Shown: positions 22,704 to 36,646 of the stretch, piece by piece
How the letters are laid out: each line of letters starts with the position of its first letter
Position numbering within the stretch: position 1 is the stretch's first letter
Assembly (NCBI RefSeq): GCF_001194135.2
Contig: NC_069006.1
Coordinates: 6,175,529 to 6,239,528, forward strand
From: Octopus bimaculoides
Taxonomy: Eukaryota
Direction: 5' to 3'
Length of the DNA stretch: 64,000 nucleotides
The notes under the pieces: generated by a model
Database searches by the model: none
The model's input: the letters and a program-made list of their open reading frames with translations, nothing else
Told to the model about the DNA's origin: nothing
Made by a program: the position numbers and the translations under genes

Positions 22704-24591
22704 AAAAGCTACATATACTTTAAAGGGAAGGTAAAGAAATGTAAAAGAAATGTGAGATTAAGTTTCTTAAAAGTGATATTAATATCACTGTGGAGAATGT
22801 TGACCAAACAACCAGTTGTGAGGGTTGAAAATTGCTGTTAAGAAACGCGCACACTACAGAACCCTCGACATTCTTTTGGAATGTCTCAGAGCTGTTTCTG
22901 TAGCACAGACGCCATCAGAGGGGCACACCGTTGCTGAAGGTTTGCAGTGAATTTCAAAGAAGTATAAATTCTAAATGATACTTACAAGTCCGTGCAACTT
23001 TTCCTTTAAAAAAAAAAGAAAGAGTGAAGGAATGTTTGTTAACAATGTTCTGTGAGAACACAACATAGAGGTGCATGAACATAAACACATAATTTGTTTG
23101 CTCAGCAACTTTCATTTTGTCAAGTTAAGACATTCTAATTCTTCGAATCATATAGAGATCTATATAGTATATATATATATAGTGTATATTATATATTATA
23201 TATTAATATATATGCATCGGTGTATACAAGTGATGACATAAGTTGCAAATCCATTGCCAGCAGGAAAAGTGGAAAATTAAATGGTTTACAAAAAAAAAAT
23301 ATAATAATAAAATGAACAACATTGAAGATTCCCTAGGGTGCCATGCTGAAGACAATAGTTAGAGGTGAATAAAATAAAGGTTTTGGTGTTGCACGGAGTT
23401 GATAGTCGTTGGAGGAAGAGGTGAAATGAAGCAGATATATGATGGTGCCCAAAGCATTTCATAAGCCATTTTCAAGAAGAATTGGTAAGAGTCAAGTGGG
23501 TGAGGTGAGGAAGAATAATAATGTGTTGACAACAATATGAAGGAGATGTAGCATGCTTAGATAAAGAACTGGTGGTGGTGGCAGTGGTGGTGGTGGTGAT
23601 GGTGGTGGTGGTGGTGATGGTGGTGGTGGTGGTGGTGGTGATAGCGGCAATGGTGAGTGAGTTGGGTGAAATGAGAAGAATATAGCAAGTCTAGATAGAG
23701 CCAAGTTGAAATGGAATCAATTTTCATAAGAACCGTATTTCATCAAATCAAAATATTCAACAAAACATTTCAAATAGTAATATATGTGTATGTCTGTATG
23801 TAAGCATGTGTGAGTGAGTGTATGTGTTTGTGTGTATGTACATATATGTGTGTGCTTGTATGTATGTATGTGTGCGTTCGCGTATATTATATATATGTTA
23901 GCATATGAATGTATATATGTGTATATGTATATAAGTATATTTGCCAGTATCTACATGTGCTATGTGTGTGTATACATGTAAATATGCATATAAGATAGTT
24001 TTTAAGTGTGTGTGTACGTGTGGAACATACATAGAAATAACATCCAACATAGAAACAACAGTAGTTAAGTCACATGTTTCTCTGATTAGTTAATAAAGAA
24101 AACAACAATTGGAGGGGAGAGATGCAGGAGACAAGCTTGATTAGAAAAATGGTTGCATCTTCATTGAAAAGATACAAAACAGAAAGATAACACATTTTGT
24201 AGAACAGATTGAGGTTGGTGGGGCGGGGGACAAATTTTAGAGAAATAAAGACTTCTGTTACAGAGAGCTAACTCCTCTAAAAATTGTCTTTTGTTTAGTG
24301 GTGAGAAGTCTGTATCCTGATCGCATATAGTTCTGGGTTCAGTCACTCTATGTAGCACCTTGGACAAATGTCTTCTGCTACAGGCCCAGACTATCTAAAG
24401 CCTTGTGAACAGACTTGGTAGACAGAAACTAAAAGAAGCCCATTGTATGTGTGTATGTGTATATAATATATATATATATATATTTGTGTGTGTATTAATG
24501 TTTGTTTTTATGTTCAGTTATAACAAAAAGAATTCGGTTAGTCCATACTTTGTGGTGTACAAATTTATTATTCTTAAGTAAGAATAGTATC

Positions 24592-24659
24592 GATAGTGAC
24601 TTTGAAGTTTTGGCCAGTTCGACAATGGCTTAACTGACTGAAACTTTGAAGTCACTGTC
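24592..24659. repeat. Short fold-back with a GAAAC-palindrome-GTC motif in the arms
   Basis: gatagtgactttgaagttttggccagtt pairs with aactgactgaaactttgaagtcactgtc. Confidence 0.7.
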
Positions 24660-25944
24660 AACAAGACTCCTGTTTAAAAACAACATATGTGTGTGTGTGT
24701 ATGAGTGTTTATTAGTGTCTTCTTGCCTACACATCATGTGACAGTTGTAAACAAGGGGTGTCCCACCCTCCCTACCTTCCATGAAAATAATGTCTGGCCA
24801 TGGAGGGGGTGGAAATATTGCCTTGCCTGGAAACAGGTGAGGGTTGGTGACAGGAAGGGCGTCCAGCTGGAGAAAATCCACCACAATAAAACTCAGTCCA
24901 ACCCAGAGGCAAACATGGAGAAATGGACAGGAAAACGAGGATAAACGAAAAAAAAACAAAAAAAATCCTAATGTTGATTAGTTTAATTTTGCAAGAATGA
25001 ATGTTTTTCTTTTTTCATTTCAGTAGCCCTTGGGAAAGCTGCAAATCTTTAAAATTCTCCAGAAAAGGTGTGACGGTTATGGAAATATTTATGGAAAGTG
25101 TTGACATATGAATGTTTTATAGTTGAAGGAATGACACACACTGGTTCATAAATCAAGATAAATTAGAGCACTGCAGGCCAATATTTGGGATATTCAAACA
25201 TTTTTTAGGATTAACTTTCTAATCTTGGCCGTTCTGCATCAAATTAACTTTAATCATATTTTATTTCACTACCATAAATGGCAAAGCAACAGACACAAAA
25301 CAAAACAAAGTTTAAAAAGCTATTAAAAAGCAAAAAAAAAAATTTTTTTTAAATGCATTAATATTCTTTTAAAAAAATGCATTTGTATTGTATGTTTTGG
25401 ACAGTGATTTGACACATAAAAATCAAATCAAATCTATATTTTTTTCTCTCATTTATTTGTTTATCTTGAAATATATTTCTTTGGGACTCGGCTCACACAT
25501 ACTGAATTTCTAGCTTGTTGTCACAGCATAACCAAATATTAAAAAAGGTGGACATTTTCTATCATAATGCTTCAGGGACTGAAAGGATATTAAACTTGGT
25601 AAAAAATCTCCAAATTGCAAATTAAACTGACAAGAATACCAAAAGAAAAGACAATAAACTAAATCATTGAAAATACTAAATCTAATCATATCTCACTTCT
25701 ATCATTTTTTCCCCCCTTTTCTATTCCAGGCATGTTAAGTTGATTTCATCCTCTTGGTTGAATTTATTAAAACTTCTTTTACAATTTCTGGAAGTTTTAC
25801 ACTGACAACAGACAATATCTGTCTGATCTGTCTTTTAAGGGCAAAGACCATGTTTTTTTCTTCTTTTTCTTATTGTCTTATTATATTTATTAGCTTTCCT
25901 CTTTCCTTCTTTATTATTTTCTATTTATTGGCTCAAGAAACAAA

Positions 25945-25988
<44 letters not shown>

Positions 25989-26328
25989 ATACATACACTG
26001 AGAGGTAATATCCCCACTTAAATGTGGATGTTTTACATATATATATATATATATATTTATGTGTATATATATACATATATATATGTATTGCACACACACA
26101 TATATATACACATGTGTACATACACATATATATATGTCTACATATATATATGTCTACATATATATATNNNNNNNNNNNNNNNNNNNNNTATATATGTATG
26201 TATATATAAATACACACACACACACACATGTTGCTAAAACAAAGTTCGTCTATATTGAAGCTAGTTCCACCACCAGAGCTCAAATTTCCTGTTAGTCATT
26301 TTGATTAGATTTAAGAGACAATGGTAGA

Positions 26329-26385
<57 letters not shown>

Positions 26386-26492
26386 AAGTGAGGAGGAGAT
26401 GGGTAAAGGAAGAGGCAAAGATCGTTTGGTTGTTATGGCAGTTTTGATCTAGGGATGAAACATATATGATGATATTTTCTCATTGGAGAACT

Positions 26493-26529
<37 letters not shown>

Positions 26530-26581
26530 ATGATAAAAGCGAGCTAGCTATTTCTGTAATGAGGGTATCAGATCTTAATAA

Positions 26582-26915
26582 TCATCATCATCATCATCAT
26601 CATCATCGTTTAACGTCCGCTTTCCATGCTAGCATGGGTTGGACGATTTGACTGAGGACTGGTGAAACCAGATGGCTGCACCAGGCTCCAATCTGATTTG
26701 GCAGAGTTTCTACAGCTGGATGCCCTTCCTAACGCCAACCACTCTGAGAGTGTAGTGGGTGCTTTTACATGCCACCGGCATGAAGGCCAGTCAGGCGGTA
26801 CTGGCAATGGCCATGCTCAAAATGGTGTACTTTATGTGCCACCCGCACAAGAGCCAGTCCAGGGGCACTGGCAACAATCTCGCTCGAAAATCCTTACACA
26901 TGTCACGGACACAAG
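26582..26915 (-). mobile_element. Family D element, relatively young
   Basis: (CAT)n, then cgtttaacgtccgctttccatgctagcatgggttggacg...ggatgcccttcctaacgccaacc. Confidence 0.85.
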
Positions 26916-26937
26916 TGCAGTAATAATAATTGTTTCT

Positions 26938-27165
26938 GACTTAGATACAAGACCAGTAGTTTCAAGGGGAGGGGTAAGTACTCGACTGGCACTTTATTTT
27001 ATCGACTGCAACCCTCACCCCAAAGGATGAAAAGCAAAGTCAATCTCAGCAGGTTTTGAACTCAGAACATCATGGTCTAATACAAAAACAGCAAAAGCAT
27101 TTTTTTACGAAGCCCCAACAATTCAGCTAGCTTGACACTTTTTATCTTACTGAATAATAATAATG

Positions 27166-27208
<43 letters not shown>

Positions 27209-27960
27209 TACTTTCTACTATTGGCACAAGGCCTGAAATTTTGGGGAAGGGGACTAGTTTATTGCATCAATCCCAAAGTTTCACTGGTACTTTATCGACC
27301 CTGAAAGGATAAAAGGCAAAGTGGACCTTGGCAGAATTTGAACTCAGAATGTCAGGATGGATGAAACACTGCTAAACATTTTGCACCATCTGCTAAAATA
27401 ATAAAGAGAAAAGGTTGATAAATATGGAGACCTGAAAATTGAGATTGCTAAGATATAGCAGCTATGAGAGTCGAACATAAAGTTTATCCCTATTGTCATT
27501 GGAGCATTGGGTTCAATACCAACCAACCAACCTAAAGAAACATCTGGAAACTTTAGAAATACCCTACAATCTAGATGTATTGCAAAAATTGGCATTATTT
27601 AGAACTGCAGGAATATTGCATAAAGTACTGTCTGTCTGAGGGCCTTGTTGTGACTTGACAAACAGTACAAATCCCCAGTAGACACAATATCTTCAATCAA
27701 CAACCTCACGATATTGGATACTGTGCGATGTCCATAATGATAATAATGATAATTATTATTTCAAATTTTTGACACAAGGGCAGCTTGAGGGAGGTGGGGA
27801 TGAGTCGATTATATTGATCCCAGTGTTCAACTGGTATTTAATTTATTCATCCTGTCAGGATGAAAGGCAAAGCTGACCTCTGCAGAATTTGAACCCAGAT
27901 GAAATACCGTTAAGCATTTCACCCAGCGTGCTAATGATTCTGCCAGCTTGCTACCTTCAA
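26938..27960 (-). mobile_element. Cluster of three minus-strand SINE A copies around a Dong-like LINE fragment
   Basis: About 26938-27140, 27211-27395 (head truncated) and 27760-27958. Confidence 0.8.
27397..27750 (+). mobile_element. R4/Dong-like (restriction-like endonuclease) LINE 3' fragment
   Basis: VDKYGDLKIEIAKI*QL*ESNIKFIPIVIGALGSIPTN/LKKHLETLEIPYNLDVLQKLALFRTAGILHKVLSV*, followed by a 3' UTR and (AAT)n. Confidence 0.85.
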
Positions 27961-28574
27961 TAATAATAATAATAATAATAATAATGATTTCATTTATTTG
28001 CCACCAGGGCGAAGGATGAGGGGACAATACAAAGACAGACATAAAGTGTTGGGGTTTAGATATAACGAAATGATGAAAAGAAATTTTTTTAAATGTAAGT
28101 ATACATGATCTACAATGAAAAGGGACACATACACAGTATACAAAGGTTAAAAAAAGAAGGTGGGTGGGGAAGAGGACGACAGAGATGTAACTCTCTTGAT
28201 ACAGGATGACCTCTAAGGATAATCAAGGAACCCCACTGTCCGAAATTTCCCTGAACACCAAGAGCAAGTGTCCTCTCTAATTCCTTCTCTCCGACTCACA
28301 GGTCTACACTGAGAGAGGTGCCATCCACTCTTGCCATTTTCACAACTTTCATTCACCTTTCAAAAAACTCACTTGAGGACAGATAATAACATTTTGACAC
28401 AAAGCCAAAAGTTTTTGAGTGGTGGTGGTGGTGGTGGTGGTGGTGGTGTGTGTGTGTGTGTGNNNNNNNNNNNNNNNNNNNNNNNNNNNNNNNNNNNNNN
28501 NNNNNNNNNNNNNNNNNNNNNNNNNNNNNNNNNNNNNNNNNNNNNNNNNNNNNNNNNNNNNNNNNNNGTGTGGG

Positions 28575-29330
28575 GGGGGGCTGATCAATTACATTGACCC
28601 CGGTGCATGACTGGTATTTATTTTATAGACCCTGAAAGGATGAAAGGTAAAGCTGACCAGAAAAGAATTTGAACTTAGAATGCAAGGACAAACAAAATCC
28701 CACAAACATTTTGCTTGGCATGCTAACAGTTCTGTCTACTCGCAATCTTAATAATAATAATAATAATAATAAGAAGAAGAATAACAATAATAATAATGAT
28801 AAGGATATATCCCTAGGTGTCAGGAAGACACTCAGCAAGAAATGGAAACAAAATTGAAAGAAGAGGATAATAATGATAATAATGATAATAATAATAATAA
28901 TAATCCTTTCTACTCTAGGCACAAGGCCTGAAATTTAGGGGAAGGGGGCCAATAGGTTAGATCAACCCTAGTACACAACTGGTACTTAATTTATTGACCC
29001 CAAAAGGATGAAAGGCAAAGATGACCTTGGCGGAATTTGAACTCAGAATGCAGCAATGAATGAAATACCGCTAAGCATTTCGTCCAGTGTGCAAACAGTT
29101 CTGTCAGCTTCCCACCTTACTACTACTACTACTACTACTACTAATAATAATAATAATAATTTTTTCGACTCTAGGCACAAGGCCTGAAATTGTTGGGCAA
29201 GTTGACCTCTGCCGCATTTGAACCCAGAATGTAAAGCCCGGTGTGCTAATGATTCTGCCAGCACACCACCTTAATAATAACAATAATAATAATAATAATA
29301 ATCCTTTCTACTAAAGGCACAAGACCTGAT
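28575..29330 (-). mobile_element. Head-to-tail SINE A array (three copies plus a tail fragment)
   Basis: About 28575-28748, 28900-29118, 29160-29272 and 29300-29330, separated by (AAT)n/(ACT)n. Confidence 0.8.
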
Positions 29331-29761
29331 GCTCCACTGACTCTTCCCTCATAAATATAAATATGAAAATATATATGTATGTATGTATATTGATGATGAT
29401 GATGATGATGATGGTGATATTTGATTTCCGTATGTTCTGAAGTCAACAGACATCTACAGGTATGAAAATTAATAATCTACGAAAAATAAACTTTGATCAA
29501 CACGGATATCAAAAGTAGAATTACCAACTTTTCAAAATAATAATGAAAATGAAAATAATAATAAAAATAATAACTCTAAAAACATGAAAGTCAGCATAAA
29601 TATTATATCTTTCTACAGATATTGTGAAGTAAAAATAAGTCAAAGTATGGCTTAATTATACACATGGGAATTGAAAAGCTATAAAATTCTAAAGGTACGT
29701 CTCATCTTGTTGATTGCATAGCACTTTAATGATTAAAACACACACACACACATACACACGC

Positions 29762-29792
<31 letters not shown>

Positions 29793-30296
29793 GTAATAAT
29801 AATAATAATAATCGTACTTAGTAAAAAGGAAAGTGAGTGCTATTTAGTTGATGTTTGCCTGTTTGATACAAGAGTGGGTAGGCACAGAATGAAAGACAGC
29901 AAAAATATGAGGACCTCAAATATAAACTTTAAAGAAACAGGTTTTTCGTTTTGCTTTGTTTTACATTTTTTAGTCTGGAGGAAGGGGCAATTGCTCAAGT
30001 CCTTTGTAGGCTCTTTGTGGCTGGTGGTATGTTTGAGGTTGGGAATTTTCTGTTAAACTGTTGTGGGTCAACACTTGCAGGAAAGACATGAGCAAAGAGA
30101 GAAAGAGAGAGAGAGAGTTCCAGGGGGATGATGTAGGGAGAAAGGACTGTTAGTCCTTAATAATAGTTAGTGTAGAGCTGGGAAGGGATTGAATGCAGCA
30201 AGAGAGATGAGAGATGGAGAGATGAGTGGGTCACAAGTAGCTCAGGGGTGGGGTTACAAGACCAGCCAACAGTGAGGAACAGAGATTGTTATAGAA

Positions 30297-30530
30297 TTGG
30301 CGGTGAGCTGGCAGAACCGTTAGCACGCCAGGCGAAATGCTTAGCGGTATTTCGTCTGCCGTTACATCCTTAGTTCAAATTCTGCCGAGGTTGACTTTGC
30401 CTTTCATCGTTTCGGGGGTCGATAAATTAAGTACCAGTTATGCACTGGGGTCGATGTAATCGACTTAATCCCTTTGTCTGTCCTTGTTTGTCCCCTCTGT
30501 GTTTAGTCCCTTGTGGGCAATAAAGCAATA
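30297..30530 (+). mobile_element. Young SINE A copy (same subfamily as 11565) with 16-bp TSD
   Basis: AGAGATTGTTATAGAA at 30281-30296 and 30531-30546. Confidence 0.92.
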
Positions 30531-30918
30531 AGAGATTGTTATAGAAGCAATAGAAAAGACAGAGAGAAGCGACAACAGTTGAAGCATGTTTGTAAGTAAT
30601 TGAATAAAAATTAGTCAAGTGGCCCATGGAGGCACATGGCTCAGTGGTTAAGGTGTTGGGCTCATGATTGTAAGTAAGATTGTGGTTTCAATTCCTGGAC
30701 CATGCAATGTGTTGTATTCTTGAGCAAAACACTTTATTTCATGTTACTATAGTCTGCTAAGCTAGCAAAATGAGTAATAACCCTGTGATGGACTGGTGAA
30801 TATATATGCCACAGAAACTGGGAAACTGACTTTATGAACCCTTATGACCCAGGAAGGGTCTATTTCTCTTTTATCTTTATCAGACAAGTAACTCCTTTTT
30901 GGATGCAACCCATAATAT

Positions 30919-30956
<38 letters not shown>

Positions 30957-31441
30957 AATAGGAATCTTAGGAACAGTTGTGAGAAGTTTGAATGGTTGGA
31001 GGACGTTGAGTATTTGAGATGAGTTTGCTGACTCTATAAAAAGCTTGGACAGCAGGGACTTTAGGGAAAGTTGCTGGATACTTAAAGTTGTGAAATGCTC
31101 TGATAGCTAGGGATCCAATACTGACAAAACAACAACAACAACAACAATAATAATAATCATTCTTTCTTCTATAAACTCAAAGCCAGCAATTGTGAGAGGA
31201 AGGGGTAACTCAGTTACATCAACCCCCAGTACTCAAATGATACTTTATTTTATTGATCCCGAAAGGTTGAAATACAAAGATGACATCGGGGTGGGGTGGG
31301 GGGTGAATTAAGAACATAAAATGCTGAAAGGCATTTCGTCTGCTTCCCCAATGAGTTTGCCTGCTGGCTGCCTTAATAAACATTACAGGAGAATCCTCAA
31401 TCTCTTTTAAGACCAAAGGTAAGCAAAGTTAGCTGTAGCAA

Positions 31442-31510
<69 letters not shown>

Positions 31511-31954
31511 CAAACACACAGGTTTTCCCCCATGGTAATAATTTCCTGAGACTATCAGTTTCTGCTGAAATAATTTTAACCTATTACTTAACATGTCGTA
31601 AACAACAGCTAAATGATATGAATATCAAAAACCTCAGTTTTAATAGAAAAATATCACACACACACATACACTTGGATATACATATATATATANNNNNNNN
31701 NNNNNNNNNNNNNNNNNNNNNNNNNNNNNNNNNNNNNNNNNNNNNNNNNNNNNNNNNNNNNNNNNNNNNNNNNNNNNNNNNNNNNNNNNNNNNNNNNNNN
31801 NNNNNNNNNNNNNNNNNNNNNNNNNNNNNNNNNNNNNNNNNNNNNNNNNNNNNNNNNNNNNNNNNNNNNNNNNNNNNNNNNNNNNNNNNNNNNNNNNNNN
31901 NNNNNNNNNNNNNNNNNNNNNNNNNNNNNNNNNNNNNNNNNNNNNNNNNNNNNN

Positions 31955-32005
<51 letters not shown>

Positions 32006-33206
32006 CAGACAGTCATAGGTAGTGATCATGAAACTGCTTGTTGATGTGTTATATGGCTGTAAAGCTATTTTCAGATTAATTCTCTTTTAACTTTCCAGAA
32101 AAATAACACACACACACACACACACACAGCCTAACAAAAACTGATGACCAAAACAAACATCAAACAACCTAAAAACATTAAAAAAATACTGGTCTAAGTT
32201 TCCAATTACATCTTTAGTAGATACAAGAAAAAATATCAAAAAAAAAAAAAAAGAAAAAAAATTGAAAGCGTAATAATCCGTAAGTCCATTTTGGGTTTAT
32301 TTTGATATTTTGTGTGTTTATTGAGAGAGAAAGTCTGTAACAAACTGACCAGTAGTAAACTGCCCACCTGTTTATCTTTCCCAACTAATCCGACTGTAAT
32401 GAACATAGATTTATAAGAGTCGAACATGATGGATTCTTCAAGGATTTATTTCTGTTTTATGTTGTTGATGTTGTTGCTGCTGTCGACAACATCTGTTAAC
32501 AACTATTGCATGATGTCAAGACAAGGATATACAGACAGACATACATGCATGCACACACACACACACACACATACACACACAGAGTAGAAATGCTTCTTTC
32601 AGTTTCCATTTTCCAAATTTATCAACAAAGCCGAGTCAACAGAGAGAAGTTCCAACTAAATGATACCTCTCATGTACAAGTCTCTGCTATCCAAGAGACT
32701 TAACAGTATCAGCAGAAGGGTACCCTGGAGCCATGACCTGGGTGTGGCCTGGCCCCCTTACAGTGTAAGAAGTTAAGGGCCAAAACACTTGCCTGAGAGA
32801 TAAGGTTTCTTTTCTGAAGACCTGCTGCTGTTCAGTTCTCTTGAGAGTTTCTTACTACTGTAGTAGTAGTAGTAGTAGTATGGCAGCATGTGCTGCATTC
32901 ACCATTTGCTGATCATTCCTTACCACTCTTGGTGAATGACACCTTTTCACCCTTCAGGTGACAACTGTCCAACCCATGGGTCTGCTTGGGTAGTCATTGC
33001 TGGTGAGGGTTTTATGTGGTCAGAGAGCAAGTCCTACCTCAATCTCTTTTAGTCACTTTTTTATGACATGCAGAGTAAACACTGGGTCTATTCTTCACAC
33101 AACACATTGCATAAAAAACATTCAATGAGCTGTGCAGTGGGATTGAACCTGAATTAAACTTGGGAATTAAACTTCTTAACCATGCTTCTACTTATTTTGC
33201 TTTGCT

Positions 33207-33426
33207 TTTTAGCCTTTAAACTGGCCATATCAGACCCAAATATTTCACCTAGTCTATGTTCAAACTGGCCAGATCCAACTTCTCACACCCACCCTACAAT
33301 CTCATTCTAAAAATTAACAATCACATCATCAAAATCTGAAAGCTACATGATAATGCAAGATTAATTCAGTTCAGTGAATGAATAAGCATTACATTTGACA
33401 AGAAAATCTGAATGCTAAACAGTTAA
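33207..33426. mobile_element. piggyBac-like MITE (TTAA ends)
   Basis: Homologous to 44221-44457, 44473-45100 and 51439-51667. Ends resemble ttaaccctttagcatt and aatgctaaacagttaa. Confidence 0.65.
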
Positions 33427-34257
33427 TCTATCAAGTAGATAACAATGGAGAAACAGAGCCGGATACTAAAGGCTATTAGTAATGAGTGTGGCTGATCAGC
33501 TTCACAATATCTCAAGAAAAAGAACTATCAACTACAAACAATAATAGTTGGACACAAAAAAGAAGGCAAGCAAACAAAAAACAAAACAAATACATTTTAA
33601 TAGTGAGAAATGTAATGGTTTTTTTAGTGAACAACTAATTTCAGAAACCAACATCTCACCTCAGCATTAACGTGGTTAATTATCACACTTAGAAGTGCAT
33701 TGGTTAATTGCTCCCTTCTGAGAATCTAATCAGTTTTTCCCCAATTTTTTTTTTTTTGGCTTTGGTGAGTTTTTTTATTACCTATTTTTCCTTTCATTGA
33801 CAAATCTCTAAAGAAACAAAGATTAGTCGAAAACAAATAATAATAATAATAATAACAAGGATGATGATAACAACAATAATAATCTAATTTGATTTCAATG
33901 AAGACATAGATGCTCAACACTGTTTAAATTAGCTCAGTCATGAATCATTAATCTCCTAAACTACTTCTGTTTTCTCAGTCATTGTAAACTTTTATCAAAT
34001 TAAAATCAGATTATTTCACAAGCTACTGCATAGAATCTAAGCTAGAATTTTCTCTACATATATCTGTTAAGAAAATATTTTTAATAAATTAAAACTAAAA
34101 TGACCATTGGCTCAAAATAGTCAAAGAATTGGTGTTATATTATGTTAAATAATTAATTGCTCATAGTAATTCAACTCTGAGTCTTGTATCATTGGAAGAA
34201 AACTAACTGAATAGGAACACAAATCAGAATTTGGGGAAAATAGCAACACAACACCTG

Positions 34258-34800
34258 TTATCATCATCATCATTTAACGTCTGTTGTCCATGCTGGCATG
34301 GGTTGGATGGTTTGACTGGGCTGGTATGCTGGAAGGCTGTACCAGACTCCAGTCTGAATTGGAATGGTTTTCTATTGCTGGATGCTCTTCCTAATGCCAA
34401 CCACTCTGAGAGTATAATGGGTACTTTTATGTGCCACCAGCATGGGTGCCATTTGTGTGACACTGGGGTGTGTTTACATGCCACTGGCATGGGTGCCAAT
34501 TTGCATGACACTGATATCTACCATGACTGTGATTTTGCTCAGGTTAATGGGTCTTCTTCTCAAGCATGACATAATGCCAAAGGCCTTGGTCATTGCCTCC
34601 ATGAAGCCCAACACTTGAAAGGTACTCGGCCACTTTGCCTACACGAGGCCTAATACTCAAAAGGAACTCAGTCATTTTGTCTTCATGAGGCCCAACGCTT
34701 GAAAGGAGCTCAACCACTTAGCCTTCATGAGGCCCAACATTCAAAAGATGTTCTTTATGTGCCACCAGCATGGGTGCACTTGGCTTGACGGGTCCTCTCA
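34258..34800 (-). mobile_element. Long family D element with internal 40-42-bp tandem repeats
   Basis: Tail at 34258, body ggatgctcttcctaatgccaacc, four repeat units at 34588-34747. Confidence 0.75.
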
Positions 34801-35354
34801 TCACCAAAAACATCATTAGTGTTTGAGAATTGCAGTCTTGAGTAATATGCTTTCTAATTTAGGTAGAGGACCAGCATTATTAGGGGAAAGTGGTTTAGTT
34901 GATAACCTTAGTCTCAAATTTTGGCACAAGACCAGTATGCTCAGAAAAAGGTGTAAGTCAAATACATCAACCCTAGTGATCAACTGGTACTTATTTTTAT
35001 CAACCCTGAAAGGATGAAAGGCAAAGTTGACCTCAACTGAATTTGAAATCAGAATGTAAAGAATTAGAATATGGCAAACCATTCTGCTAATCCACTACTC
35101 TTCAGTCAATAATAATAGAAATAATATGTATATTAGATTAATTATATATATATATCATATTAATTATATATGCATTGCAAGTCCATACAAAGTGATTTTG
35201 TCAACACAGTATCCTGTGTTCTCACACAAGCTCCACTTGTAATGGAAAATAGATATTACCTTTTGGTATTATAAGGCTTCTGTCACTATTAATAATATAT
35301 TAGAGTGATTATATATTAGACTAATTGCATATTATAGTAATAGAATTAATAAAA

Positions 35355-35680
35355 GAGGTAGTGAGGGTTGACAGAGAGTTGGACAAAATGCCTTGTGGTA
35401 TTTCTTCCAGGTCTTTCCAATCTGAGTTCAAATCTTGCTGAAATCAACTTTTCCTTTTGGCTATCCGGGGTCAATAAAATAAAGTACCAGTTTCATATTG
35501 GGGGTCAGGAGGTGGTGAGGATTGACAGAGTGTTGGACAAAATGCCTCATGGTATTTCTTCCAGATCTTTCCAATCTGAGTTCAAATCTTGCTGAAGTCA
35601 ACTTTTCCTTTCGGGCTATCCAGGGCCAATAAAATAAAGTACCAGTTCTATATTGGGAGTCAATATAATCAATCATTTCA
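35355..35680 (+). mobile_element. Tandem pair of SINE A-related copies
   Basis: Two units of about 155 bp sharing tttccaatctgagttcaaatcttgctgaa. Confidence 0.75.
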
Positions 35681-36128
35681 TGCTCCAAATTTGGTTCATT
35701 CTTTTACTTTAGTTAAGGATATTTTCGTTGATTTGATTTTGTTATTGTTTAATAAGATTAGAATGTTTCAGAGGTTTACAATTTTTCTATTCTGACTAAT
35801 TCCATATTTGGTGTTGTGCCTATGTTAGAAACATTATTAACAGAAATAAGATTCATTGTTTAAGAACCCCATAAATAGATTTTTGCAGGAGTTGGTAGGT
35901 TTGATGTGCCAATGAATTGACTACAAACAAACACAAAGCGAATCTCTGGATGTCAGCCACTTAATCATCACTAATAAGGAATATAGAAATATCAGTAGCT
36001 AAGTCATCCCTCACTTGCTGAATGAGGTACATACTACCTCAACCTACTGGCTTGTACCACACTTTCACATAATGTTTTAGGTGCCTGTATCATCCTGAAC
36101 AGCCATCTCATCCTTGATCCAGTTGGAA

Positions 36129-36162
<34 letters not shown>

Positions 36163-36595
36163 GGGGGGTGTGTGTTGCACTAGCATATAACTGGTACTCA
36201 TTTTCAGTCTGAAGCAATGTGACATGGTGTGCCTTGCTCAAGAATACAATGCACTGCCCAGTCAAGAAACTGAACCTATGATAATGTACTCAAACACCCA
36301 ACACCCTAACCACTAGGCCATACACATTCACATTGAGGTCTGTAGATTCTTCAGAATAATACAGACAGAGAAGGCTCTAAAGTTAAATTCTGAATTGAAG
36401 CTTTGAACCTGTTGGATGTTTTGCAGTAATTCAACAACATTTCAAAATTTCAAGAACTCATAGAGAAATAATTAACTAAGAATGCATTAATCACTTTTCT
36501 GCTAGAAACTATCTATTAATTAGAAGAGAGTTGATGGGTGTGGGTATGGGTGCAGGCATGGCTGTGCGGTTGAGAAGCTTGCTTAGCCTGACGTA

Positions 36596-36646
<51 letters not shown>

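Noticed and set aside
34588-34747. CRISPR-like periodic repeat
   Set aside because: Contiguous diverged units with no unique spacers, eukaryotic context and no cas genes.
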